DNA of 64,000 bases from Aquificaceae bacterium (lineage in GTDB: Bacteria; Aquificota; Aquificia; Aquificales; Aquificaceae): the NCBI GenBank assembly GCA_037925075.1, contig JAXSNR010000001.1, positions 576,001 through 640,000 on the forward strand, given 5' to 3'. Shown here piece after piece: positions 29,231 to 38,285 of the stretch. Under the pieces are notes generated by a model. The model was not told the origin of the DNA. It was given only the letters and a program-made list of their open reading frames with translations, and ran no database searches. Positions within the stretch are counted from its first letter, which is position 1. Each line of letters begins with the position of its first letter. The position numbers and the translations under genes are program-made.

Positions 29231-29728
29231 ATGGAGCTTGATATAATTCAATACGATTTAGACCCAGATACAAAAAAACAGCTACAAAGAATACTGCAAA
29301 ACCTGCTGAATAAAACCTCTGCCAGTGTGATATTACTTACTGACGATGCTGGAAGGGTATTAGATATAAAAGGCAATAAGCAAGAGGCCTTGGAAACAGA
29401 GTTTCTGGCAACTCTTATAAGTGGCATATTCGGTGCTGCGGTTGAAATGGGGAAAATTCTTAGGATGGAAGACCTTGATGTTCTTCAATACGAAAGCAAA
29501 AGTATGGATGTGGTTATAAAACACATCCGCCCAAGGTTCTTGCTCGGCATAATAGTGGGGAAGGGGGTAGCTCTTGGCACTGTGAGGCTTTTCTTGAAGG
29601 AGGCAGCCGAGGCACTTGAAAAAGTCCTTGAGAGGGCGCAATGGGCTCCATCAACGGAGATAAAAATAGATATAAAGGAACTTGAGGAAAAATTGAACAG
29701 GATTTTGGGGGGTTCTTATGAAGCTTAA
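29231..29728 (+). CDS. mglB: MglB-like roadblock/LC7 protein
   Basis: LLTDDAGRVL, LATLISGIFGAA, LGTVRLF; directly upstream of mglA. Confidence 0.8.
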   Translation: MELDIIQYDLDPDTKKQLQRILQNLLNKTSASVILLTDDAGRVLDIKGNKQEALETEFLATLISGIFGAAVEMGKILRMEDLDVLQYESKSMDVVIKHIRPRFLLGIIVGKGVALGTVRLFLKEAAEALEKVLERAQWAPSTEIKIDIKELEEKLNRILGGSYEA

Positions 29729-30287
29729 GATAGTGTATTTTGGCTCCAGCCTTGCTGGTAAGAGCACCAACGTAAAAAAGTTGTATGAAATACTTAAGGA
29801 AAGGAGTCTAACAAAAGGTGATATGGTGGTTATGGAAACTGAAGAACAAAGGACGCTCTTTGTAGAGATGTTTATAAGCTCTATAAACATTGACGGATAT
29901 GAATTTGAACTAAAGATACTAACAACACCCGGTCAGTTTAGACTTCATCCTCTCAGAAAGGTCATAATGAAGGGAGTGGACGGCCTCGTTTTCGTGGTGG
30001 ATAGCTCAAAGGAGAGGGAAAAAGTAAACTTTCTCGTTATGAGAGAGACCGCGGCGGTTTTGAAGGAACAAGGGGAAAACTTGCTAAGGTTTCCTGTAGT
30101 AGTTCAGTATAACAAAAGGGATTTGCCCGATGCCATGGACATAGAGGATATGCAGGTCCGATTCAATCCTTGGGCTACAGATTATGTGCCAGCGGTAGCA
30201 ATAAGGGGAGAGGGTGTGTTAGAGACCTTTCAAAAAATCATAAAAAACATACTGGTAAGAAAATATGCGGGGAACGCCCTTATATAA
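29718..30287 (+). CDS. mglA: MglA-type small Ras-like GTPase
   Basis: KIVYFGSSLAGKSTN, RTLF, TTPGQ, DGLVFVVDS, VQYNKRDLP. Confidence 0.9.
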   Translation: MKLKIVYFGSSLAGKSTNVKKLYEILKERSLTKGDMVVMETEEQRTLFVEMFISSINIDGYEFELKILTTPGQFRLHPLRKVIMKGVDGLVFVVDSSKEREKVNFLVMRETAAVLKEQGENLLRFPVVVQYNKRDLPDAMDIEDMQVRFNPWATDYVPAVAIRGEGVLETFQKIIKNILVRKYAGNALI

Positions 30288-31386
30288 AGACATAGACATA
30301 AGCACAGTACGGCTTGACACGCTAAAAGAAGAAATAAAAGAAAAGTCCTTTACCGGTTTTATGAAATTAACCTACTGGGATGCGGAAGACTACCACTTCT
30401 ACTTACATGGAAGTTGGGTAGCAGGTATAAGATATCTTTCAGATGGTGTTGGCAAGAAATTAGAGGTTGAAGATTACAGACTATACACAGAAAAGGGGCT
30501 GCTATCCTTGTATGCCACATCACCTATTGAGGTTTTCACCTTTCTTGAATGCCTGAAAGACAGCATAAGCCCTTACAGCTTTATCACCTATGGACATGAG
30601 CTTATAGCACCAATTCAACTTACTCATACAAATCCCAACAAGGTCCTTGAAAATTTAATGTCCATGCAGATGTACGGTTATATGATAATCAGCAAAGAAA
30701 AGGAACTTGGACCCCTTATTGCCTTTTCGGGGGGAAAACCGGTTTTTATCAGTGAAAAAGGCTTGTCCACAGATGCAACCCTACGCATAGATCCAAGCCA
30801 CGCCTACATGGCCGTATTCCAGACAGAGCCAGAGCTTGTAAATTTTTTAGCCTCTCTTGATAGCATTAGAAAGGTAGAAAGCACAAAAAGTGATATACAA
30901 AACCTTAAGGAGCTGACAAAAAAGCATAGTACCTCATATCTTCTCTTAGAGGTTTTTATCACAGAAGGGATGCGTTTTTTCAGCCTTATAAAGGGAAATT
31001 CCATTATTTTTAAGGCACTAAACAAATTAGGGCAGATAGAAGGAGGAGTACCTCACCTTTCTTATGAGACCGCATATTCCATTAATCTTTACACCTTGGA
31101 GATAAAAACGGACCTAAAGCCCGTAGAGGTTCGCTTTAACCTATCTACTGGAGAAACAAGCCTTGTAGAAGGCAATATACTTTCTTCTATAAAGAATGCC
31201 TTTGTGGATGAGATTGGTCCTATAGGAGTAGCTGTGTGGAAGAAGGTTTTTGAAAAAATGGGGTTTGCTCAGGACAGACTTCCAAAGGACAGGCTTTCAG
31301 AGTTTATACAAAGGCTTGCGCAAGAAATACCGGATGAAAAGCATTCAAAAAGGTTCTTAGAAAAAACAAGGAGGTGGCTACTATGA
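30265..31386 (+). CDS. Hypothetical cytoplasmic protein in the mgl operon
   Basis: 373 aa ORF overlapping both neighbours; internally repeated FTGFMKL/MYGYMII-type segments; helical C-terminal IGPIG domain. Confidence 0.65.
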   Translation: MRGTPLYKDIDISTVRLDTLKEEIKEKSFTGFMKLTYWDAEDYHFYLHGSWVAGIRYLSDGVGKKLEVEDYRLYTEKGLLSLYATSPIEVFTFLECLKDSISPYSFITYGHELIAPIQLTHTNPNKVLENLMSMQMYGYMIISKEKELGPLIAFSGGKPVFISEKGLSTDATLRIDPSHAYMAVFQTEPELVNFLASLDSIRKVESTKSDIQNLKELTKKHSTSYLLLEVFITEGMRFFSLIKGNSIIFKALNKLGQIEGGVPHLSYETAYSINLYTLEIKTDLKPVEVRFNLSTGETSLVEGNILSSIKNAFVDEIGPIGVAVWKKVFEKMGFAQDRLPKDRLSEFIQRLAQEIPDEKHSKRFLEKTRRWLL

Positions 31387-32285
31387 AAAAGCTTTTACCA
31401 AAAAGCATAAGATGGAAGATAAGCCTACCCGTGTTGATTTTTGGAGTGCTCGCTGGGTTGGCTACAGGCGTATATACCTACAAAACAGAAATAGACAAGG
31501 CGGTTTACACCACGGAAGAAAAGGTCAAAACCGCAATATCCTTCAGCGATAGCTCAAGAGAGTATGTAAGGAAAACTCTAAGGCCGTTGATTTTTGACTT
31601 TCTTGGAAGAGCAAAGGGTTGTTTGCAGGAGGACTTTATCTTAGAAGCTCAGTCTTCTAGCTTTTTTACAGCTTCCATATTCAACATGGTTAACGAGAAA
31701 ATGCCCGACTTTCAACTTAGACAGGTAGCATACAACCCCATAAACCCAAAGAATAACCCCACGCCAGAAGAGGCGAAAATCATAAACTTTATGAAGGCAA
31801 GCGGTCAAAAGGAGTACGCGGGTGTTGCGGAAATTAATGGTCAGAGTTATTTAGTCCATGCCTTCGGAAAGGTGGCGGAGGCAGGATGTATGCAATGCCA
31901 CTCTACAAGAGAAGCCATGCCCAAAAGCCTTATAGCCAAGTATAACCCTGCCTATGACCCCAACTGGAAGGTGGGAGAGCTTGTGGGAGCGGTAATAGTG
32001 TCTGTGCCCTTTGAGGCTATCGTACTTAGGGCTCAACTGAACGGATTGATCAGAGGTCTTGCGGTTTTCGGCATATTCCTTGGTATTACGCTGTTTATAG
32101 TAATAACCCTTGATAGGTTGGTTTTCAAACCTGTGGAAGAACTTCAGAGAAAGGCTGAGGAAATAGCTAAAGGTAATGTGGATGAACCCATAGAAGTCAA
32201 GTCCGAGGACGAGATAGGTAAGCTGGCTGAATCCTTTGAAAGGATGAGGGTGAGTATAAAGAAGGTTATGGACCTTCTTAAATGA
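31383..32285 (+). CDS. Membrane sensor: periplasmic haem c domain (DUF3365/Tll0287-like) plus HAMP, no output domain
   Basis: Two TM helices; NPINPKNNP, CMQCH and WKVGELVGA; HAMP ending DEIGKLAESFERM...LLK-stop. Confidence 0.8.
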   Translation: MKKLLPKSIRWKISLPVLIFGVLAGLATGVYTYKTEIDKAVYTTEEKVKTAISFSDSSREYVRKTLRPLIFDFLGRAKGCLQEDFILEAQSSSFFTASIFNMVNEKMPDFQLRQVAYNPINPKNNPTPEEAKIINFMKASGQKEYAGVAEINGQSYLVHAFGKVAEAGCMQCHSTREAMPKSLIAKYNPAYDPNWKVGELVGAVIVSVPFEAIVLRAQLNGLIRGLAVFGIFLGITLFIVITLDRLVFKPVEELQRKAEEIAKGNVDEPIEVKSEDEIGKLAESFERMRVSIKKVMDLLK

Positions 32286-32298
32286 TATAATTAGCAGA

Positions 32299-34011
32299 AT
32301 GCGTTGGAGCAGGTATTTCTTGTACACTTCAAAGGAGGAGCCTGCAGATACAGAAGCACCTTCACACCGACTTCTTCTAAAGGGTGGATTTATAAAGCAG
32401 GCCTCCGCAGGTATTTATGAGCTTACTCCACCGGGTGTAAGGGTTTTAAGGAAGATAGAGAACATAGTCAGGAAGGAGATGGACAGAAGCGGTGCTCAGG
32501 AGGTTTTGCTCACCATATTGAACCCTGCGGAGCTTTGGAATGAGACTGGCAGATGGGAGCTTTACGGTAGGGAGCTTTTTACCCTAAAGGATAGAAACGG
32601 TAGAGAGTACTGCCTTGGACCTACCCACGAGGAGGAGATAACAGACCTTGTAAGGTCCTACATAAGCTCCTACAGACAGCTTCCAGTGGTGCTATACCAG
32701 ATACAGGTAAAGTTCAGGGATGAAAAAAGGCCTCGCTTTGGGCTTATAAGGGGAAGGGAGTTTATCATGAAGGACGCCTATTCCTTTGATGTGGATGAGT
32801 TTTCCGCCATGCTCTCTTATGAAAGCATGAAGTTTGCCTACGACAGGATATTCAAAAAGCTAAGGCTTAAAACCTTGCTTGTGGAGGCAAGCGTTGGGAC
32901 CATAGGGGGTATAAGCTCCCATGAGTTTGTGGCACTTACACCTTACGGAGAGGCAAGGGTTGCATACTGCGAAAGCTGTGGCTATGGAGCAAACGCGGAG
33001 ATTGTAAAACTTCCAAAGCCAAAGGAAGAGGTGGAAGAAGAACTGCCTTTAAGGGAGGTTCATACACCGGACACAGACACCATAGAAAAACTTTCTTCCT
33101 TCCTTGGAGTTCCCGCAAGGAAGATAATAAAGGCGGTGCTTTATATGGTCAATGGCTCTGAGCCCGTTATGTTCCTTATAAGAGGAGACAGGAACGTGGA
33201 TGAAAACAAGGTGGAAGCAGTCCTAAAGACGGAAAACTTCAGGCTTGCGGAGGACCAAGAGGTTTGGGAGCTTCTCAAAACGAAAAAGGGCTTTATAGGA
33301 CCCTTTAACCTCCCTCCAAAGGTAAAGGTCTACTGGGACAACTCCACCTACGGCATAAAAAACGCGGTCATAGCCTTTAACAAACCCGACTATCACTATC
33401 TGAACGCAAACCCCGGAAGGGACTTCTCTTATGGTGAGTTTGTGGATGTTTGTCAGGTGGAAGAAAAGGACCCCTGCCCCAAGTGCGGAGGTCCTTTAAA
33501 GGTAAGCAAGGGCTTGGAGCTTGGGCATATATTCCTTCTTGGCACAAGGTACTCTGAGCCTATGAAGGCTTATTACACGGACCAAAAGGGTCAAGAAAAG
33601 CCCATAATAATGGGATGCTATGGAATAGGTATATCAAGGTGCATCTCCGCAATAGTGGAGCAGTACCACGACGAAAAGGGTATAAAATGGCCCACGCCTG
33701 TCGCACCCTTTGAGCTTGATATCATCTGTGTAAATCCCACAGACAGCCAACAAAGGGAAGTATCAGAAAGGCTTTATCTACTTGCAGAAGAGGAGGGCAT
33801 AGAAACCATTTACGACGACAGGGACCAAAGCCCGGGCTTTAAGTTTGCGGATGCGGACCTATGCGGTTTTCCCTACAGGATAGTGGTGGGTAAGAAGGTC
33901 AAGGAGGGCAAAGTGGAGCTTCAGAAAAGGCATACGGGAGAGAGGTGGGACGTGGATATAGAGGAGGCTATAAAAACGGTAAAGAAGTTTATCCAAGAGG
34001 ACAAGCTCTAA
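32299..34011 (+). CDS. proS: Proline--tRNA ligase
   Basis: LGPTHEE, KFRDEKRPRFG, REFIMKDAYSF, MGCYGIG. Confidence 0.97.
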   Translation: MRWSRYFLYTSKEEPADTEAPSHRLLLKGGFIKQASAGIYELTPPGVRVLRKIENIVRKEMDRSGAQEVLLTILNPAELWNETGRWELYGRELFTLKDRNGREYCLGPTHEEEITDLVRSYISSYRQLPVVLYQIQVKFRDEKRPRFGLIRGREFIMKDAYSFDVDEFSAMLSYESMKFAYDRIFKKLRLKTLLVEASVGTIGGISSHEFVALTPYGEARVAYCESCGYGANAEIVKLPKPKEEVEEELPLREVHTPDTDTIEKLSSFLGVPARKIIKAVLYMVNGSEPVMFLIRGDRNVDENKVEAVLKTENFRLAEDQEVWELLKTKKGFIGPFNLPPKVKVYWDNSTYGIKNAVIAFNKPDYHYLNANPGRDFSYGEFVDVCQVEEKDPCPKCGGPLKVSKGLELGHIFLLGTRYSEPMKAYYTDQKGQEKPIIMGCYGIGISRCISAIVEQYHDEKGIKWPTPVAPFELDIICVNPTDSQQREVSERLYLLAEEEGIETIYDDRDQSPGFKFADADLCGFPYRIVVGKKVKEGKVELQKRHTGERWDVDIEEAIKTVKKFIQEDKL

Positions 34012-34025
34012 AAGGACCTTTCTTC

Positions 34026-34070
34026 TTGACTAAGTCTGTTGAGGCTCTATATTTAATGAATAACCATTCA
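34026..34070 (+). promoter_or_regulatory. hypB operon promoter with TGAAT-AACC-ATTCA palindrome (34057-34070)
   Basis: TTGACT-16-TATATT, then the palindrome abutting the GGAGG RBS. Confidence 0.75.
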
Positions 34071-34080
34071 GGAGGTTATC

Positions 34081-34779
34081 ATGTGTCAGGAATGTGGATG
34101 CTCCATAAACCACAAAGAAGAGGTAAGCCTTTTTAAAAGGGTGCTTGAAAAGAACGACCTTCAAGCGGAGGAAAATAGACGGCATTTTGAAGAGCATGGT
34201 ATATTTGCCATAAACCTCATGTCCTCACCGGGTGCTGGGAAAACCTCACTTCTTGAGAGAACCATTGAATCTTTGACAGACCTAAGGGTGGGAGTTGTAG
34301 AGGGAGATTTGGAAACGGATAGGGACGCTCAGAGGATAAGGGCAAAGGGTGCACCTGCGGTGCAGATAACCACGGGCTCCGCCTGTCATCTTGACGCCTT
34401 TATGGTGCATGAAGGTATACATGGGCTTCCCCTTGAAGAGCTTGACCTTGTCTTTATAGAAAACGTGGGAAACCTTGTTTGCCCCGCAAGCTACGACGTG
34501 GGAGCCCATATGAACGTGGTTTTGCTTTCTGTGGTGGAGGGTGACGACAAGCCGGAGAAGTACCCTGTCATGTTTAAAAGTGCCCAGCTTATGCTGATAA
34601 CAAAAACAGACCTTTTACCGTATGTGGATTTCAGCGCAGAAAGGGCTATAAGGTCCGCAAGAAGGATAAACCCCTCCATAGATGTTATAAGGCTTTCTAC
34701 AAAGACTGGAGAGGGTATTCAGGAGTGGCTTGAATACCTTAGCTTTAAGGTAAAGGCCTTTAGGAAAAGCTTGGTATGA
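34081..34779 (+). CDS. hypB: Hydrogenase nickel-insertion GTPase
   Basis: MCQECGC, SSPGAGKT, CHLD, ENVGNLVCP, KYP. Confidence 0.95.
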   Translation: MCQECGCSINHKEEVSLFKRVLEKNDLQAEENRRHFEEHGIFAINLMSSPGAGKTSLLERTIESLTDLRVGVVEGDLETDRDAQRIRAKGAPAVQITTGSACHLDAFMVHEGIHGLPLEELDLVFIENVGNLVCPASYDVGAHMNVVLLSVVEGDDKPEKYPVMFKSAQLMLITKTDLLPYVDFSAERAIRSARRINPSIDVIRLSTKTGEGIQEWLEYLSFKVKAFRKSLV

Positions 34780-35633
34780 GGGTTTTTTGGCTTCAAAGGT
34801 TTGCATGCTGTGGAAACACACATTCCTTTTTGAACTACGAGAACTTTTCCAGCCTTTTGGAAAGGGTTGAGCTTATTTACCATCCAAGCCTTTCTTTAAA
34901 GCCTCAAGAAGAAGCAATAAGAGAGCTACTTAAAGAGAAAAAGGGGGTTGAAATACTTGTGGTGGAGGGTGCGGTAAGGTATGAGGACAGGGAAACCGTA
35001 GAGCTTTGCAGGCTTGCGGACTTTGTCCTTGCGGTAGGCAACTGTGCAGTGTATGGAAACATACCAGCCTTGGGCGATAAAGACATATGCGGGCTTACTT
35101 ACAGGTTCAAAGAAAAGGGTGGGCTTCTTGGAAGGGATTTCCTTTCAGGGGCAGGCTTGCCGGTTATAAACCTTTCGGGTTGTCCCGCCCATCCAGAGTG
35201 GATAGTGGGGACTATACTCATGCTTTTGGAAGGCATAAGGCCTGAGCTTGACCAATGGGGAAGGCCCAAGGAGTTTTACTCTTCTCTTACCCACTGGGGC
35301 TGTACGAGGAACGAGTACTTTGAATGGAAGGTAGAGGCGGAAGAGCTTGGCTCAAAGAGGGGCTGTCTTTTTTACCACTTTGGCTGTAGGGGACCCCTTA
35401 GCTTCAGCTCCTGCAACACCATACTATGGAACGGTGTAAGCTCAAAGACGAGGGCAGGTACACCTTGCTTTGGATGTACGGAATACGACTTTCCAAGGAT
35501 GGGTTTGTGGGAGACAAGACAGTATGCGGGCATTCCCGCAGAGCTTCCCATAGGTGTTTCAAAGAGGGGATACATAATGCTTTCGGGCGTTGCAAAGATG
35601 TTTGCACCGGAGAGGCTAAAAGGTGAAGGTTGA
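34776..35633 (+). CDS. Cytoplasmic [NiFe]-hydrogenase small subunit (group 2d-like, no Tat leader)
   Basis: WLQRFACCGNTHS, GNCAVYG, GCPAHP, H-x2-C-x-R, GCRGP, CFGC. Confidence 0.85.
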   Translation: MRVFWLQRFACCGNTHSFLNYENFSSLLERVELIYHPSLSLKPQEEAIRELLKEKKGVEILVVEGAVRYEDRETVELCRLADFVLAVGNCAVYGNIPALGDKDICGLTYRFKEKGGLLGRDFLSGAGLPVINLSGCPAHPEWIVGTILMLLEGIRPELDQWGRPKEFYSSLTHWGCTRNEYFEWKVEAEELGSKRGCLFYHFGCRGPLSFSSCNTILWNGVSSKTRAGTPCFGCTEYDFPRMGLWETRQYAGIPAELPIGVSKRGYIMLSGVAKMFAPERLKGEG

Positions 35634-36930
35634 AAACATAGAGCTTCCAAGGGTTGAGGGAGAAGCAAGGCTTGAGCTTTCTTGGAAGGATGGTTCCATA
35701 GAAGATGCTAAGGTATGCATTAATTCCACAAGGGGTATAGAAAGGGTTCTTTTGGGAAGGCATTACATGGATGCCCTTGTGATAACGCCGAGGGTTTGCG
35801 GTATATGTGGGCATGCACATCTTATGGCTTCGGTAAGTGCCATAGAGGATGCCCTCCACATAGAGCCAACGGAAAAGGCAAAGCTGGTAAGAAGAATAAC
35901 ACAGAGCCTTGAGGTTCTTCAAAACCATGTAAAGTGGTTCTACCTATTTGTGATGCCCGACTTTACGCTTCTGGAAGAAAAGCTTAAGGAACTCTATGAG
36001 CCTTTAAAAGGTAAAAGGTGGCATATGGCCATAGGTGTAGCTTCAAAGATAGCAAAGGGAATAGCCCTCTTTTCTGGTCAGTGGCCCCACTCTTCTTATG
36101 CAATTCCCGGGGGTATAACTTCGGAGGTTTCCACAAGGGAGCTAACCACACTAAGGCAGATACTTATTGAACTAAAAGAATTCTTCCTTAAGTACTTGGT
36201 GGGTATGCAAGAGGAAGACTTTGTGGCCTGTTTTAGGGAGGGGAATTGGAGAGGTTTGGGAGGTGATGTAAGAGTCTTCCTTGAGCTTTGCCATAGGGAA
36301 GGAATTTTGGAGGCGGGAAGGTCTTACGACAGGCTTATAAGCGGAGGACAACTTTATGGACTCTGTGGCTACTTTATGAACAGGGTGGTGCATGGGAGGT
36401 TAAAGACTGGACAGATTGAGGAGCTTGAAAGAGTTTCTTATTCGGGGGCAAAGCCAGTAAGGTATAAGGGCCTGCCCTTTGAGACCGGACCTCTTGCCAG
36501 ACAGCTTATCTCAGGAAACCCCCTTATAAAAAGCATGCACAAAGAACTTAAAGACTCCTTTTCTGTTCGCGTGCTGGCAAGGGTTCTTGAGATATGGAGC
36601 ATAACAGAAGCTATAGAGTCTTGGTTGGAGAGGTTAAAGAAGGTGCTTAGAGAGAGGTCCACAAGCCTTGGAAGATTTCCTTCAAAGGCTAAGGGAAGTG
36701 GGTACGGTGTGGTAGAGGCGGCGCGTGGCACCCTTATACACCGACTAACCATCAAGGATGGCATCATACAAGAGTACTCCATAATAACGCCATCCCAGTG
36801 GAACTTGGGACCAAGATGTGAAAGCTTTTTGGGCGTTGCGGAAAGGGCTATGGTGGGACTGAAAAGCCCATTGCATGCCCAGATAGTTTTGAGAAGCTTT
36901 GACCTTTGTTCCGTATGCACAACCCATTGA
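35623..36930 (+). CDS. Cytoplasmic [NiFe]-hydrogenase large subunit (group 2d-like)
   Basis: RVEGE, RGIE, L1 RVCGICGHAH, EAARG, L2 SFDLCSVCTTH-stop. Confidence 0.9.
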   Translation: MKVENIELPRVEGEARLELSWKDGSIEDAKVCINSTRGIERVLLGRHYMDALVITPRVCGICGHAHLMASVSAIEDALHIEPTEKAKLVRRITQSLEVLQNHVKWFYLFVMPDFTLLEEKLKELYEPLKGKRWHMAIGVASKIAKGIALFSGQWPHSSYAIPGGITSEVSTRELTTLRQILIELKEFFLKYLVGMQEEDFVACFREGNWRGLGGDVRVFLELCHREGILEAGRSYDRLISGGQLYGLCGYFMNRVVHGRLKTGQIEELERVSYSGAKPVRYKGLPFETGPLARQLISGNPLIKSMHKELKDSFSVRVLARVLEIWSITEAIESWLERLKKVLRERSTSLGRFPSKAKGSGYGVVEAARGTLIHRLTIKDGIIQEYSIITPSQWNLGPRCESFLGVAERAMVGLKSPLHAQIVLRSFDLCSVCTTH

Positions 36931-36939
36931 GGTAAAGCC

Positions 36940-37941
36940 ATGAGGAGAATAAGACTTTCTGAAGGTGGTGGTGGTCAAGAAACATGGAGGTTAATAAAGG
37001 AACTGTTTTTAAAACACCTACAAAATCCCATACTTTTGGCCCTTGAGGACTCAGCCCTACTTGAACTACCCTCAAGGGTAGCCTTTACCACAGATGCCTT
37101 TACCGTAAAGCCTCTCTTTTTCAGGGGTGGAGACATAGGAAAGCTTGCGGTGGCGGGTACAGTCAACGACCTTGCGGTCATGGGTGCAAAGCCTCTGTAT
37201 CTGTCTGTAAGCTTCATCATAGAAGAGGGCTTTTCGTATGAAGACCTAAATAAGATAGTGGAAAGTATGGCAAGGACCGCAAAAGAAGTGGGTGTGCTTG
37301 TGGTAGCTGGAGATACAAAGGTGGTTCCAGTGGGTCAGGCGGACGGTGTGTTTATAACCACATCAGGGATTGGTGAGCTTGTTTATGAGGGTCTTTCCTG
37401 CGGGAATGTGAAAGAGGGGGACGCCATAATAGTTTCCGGTCCCGTTGGAGACCATGGAGCCTGCGTTCTGGCTGAAAGGGAGGGCTTTGATTTTGGAGAG
37501 GACTTTGTTAGCGACTGCCAACCCATCTGGGACTTGGTGGAGCACCTTCTAAAAGGCCATGTAAAGATACATGCCATGAGAGACCCTACGAGGGGAGGGC
37601 TTTCCGCGATCCTCCACGAATGGGCTCAGTCTTCTAAGGTGTCCTTTCTCATAGAAGAGGAAAGGGTTCCCATAAGGCGGGAGGTCCTTGGTCTATGTGA
37701 GTTTTTGGGGCTTGAGCCCTATCATCTTGCCTGTGAGGGAAGGGTGGTCTTTGCGGTGGATAAAAAGGATGAAGAAAAGGCTCTTGAGGTCCTCAGAGGG
37801 CATCCTAAGGGTGTGCAGTCAAGCCTTATAGGCTATGCGGTCAAGCCCGATGGAAAACCTACAGTCATGCTCAGGACTCCCTACGGAACAAGGAGGTTTC
37901 TTGAACCACCAGCAGGAGAGCTTCTCCCGAGGATCTGCTAA
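36940..37941 (+). CDS. hypE: Hydrogenase maturation protein HypE
   Basis: GTVNDLA, GDTKVV, RDPTRGG, C-terminal LPRIC. Confidence 0.95.
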   Translation: MRRIRLSEGGGGQETWRLIKELFLKHLQNPILLALEDSALLELPSRVAFTTDAFTVKPLFFRGGDIGKLAVAGTVNDLAVMGAKPLYLSVSFIIEEGFSYEDLNKIVESMARTAKEVGVLVVAGDTKVVPVGQADGVFITTSGIGELVYEGLSCGNVKEGDAIIVSGPVGDHGACVLAEREGFDFGEDFVSDCQPIWDLVEHLLKGHVKIHAMRDPTRGGLSAILHEWAQSSKVSFLIEEERVPIRREVLGLCEFLGLEPYHLACEGRVVFAVDKKDEEKALEVLRGHPKGVQSSLIGYAVKPDGKPTVMLRTPYGTRRFLEPPAGELLPRIC

Positions 37942-38285
37942 TGCACGAATTTTCCATAGTGCAAAGCCTTATGGAACTCATTGAAGAACAGGTTAAAATC
38001 CACAAGGCAAAGAGGGTCACAAGGGTGGAGCTACTTGTGGGCGTCTTGTCTGGCGTGGAGCCCCATCTTCTTCAGCTTGCCTTTGATACCTTTAAAGAAG
38101 GTACATTTGCGGATAAGGCGGAGCTTTTGATTGAGGTGGAAAAACTCAAGATATACTGCCTTGACTGTATGGAGGAGTTTGAAAAGGAAGAGCTAAACGC
38201 CCTTTGCCCACGCTGTGGCAAACCCAACACGGAAATAAGGGGAGGAAGGGAGCTTTTGCTAAAAAGCCTTGAGTTAGAGGTGTGA
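37941..38285 (+). CDS. hypA: Nickel metallochaperone HypA
   Basis: MHEFS start, CxxC...CPxC. Confidence 0.95.
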   Translation: MHEFSIVQSLMELIEEQVKIHKAKRVTRVELLVGVLSGVEPHLLQLAFDTFKEGTFADKAELLIEVEKLKIYCLDCMEEFEKEELNALCPRCGKPNTEIRGGRELLLKSLELEV

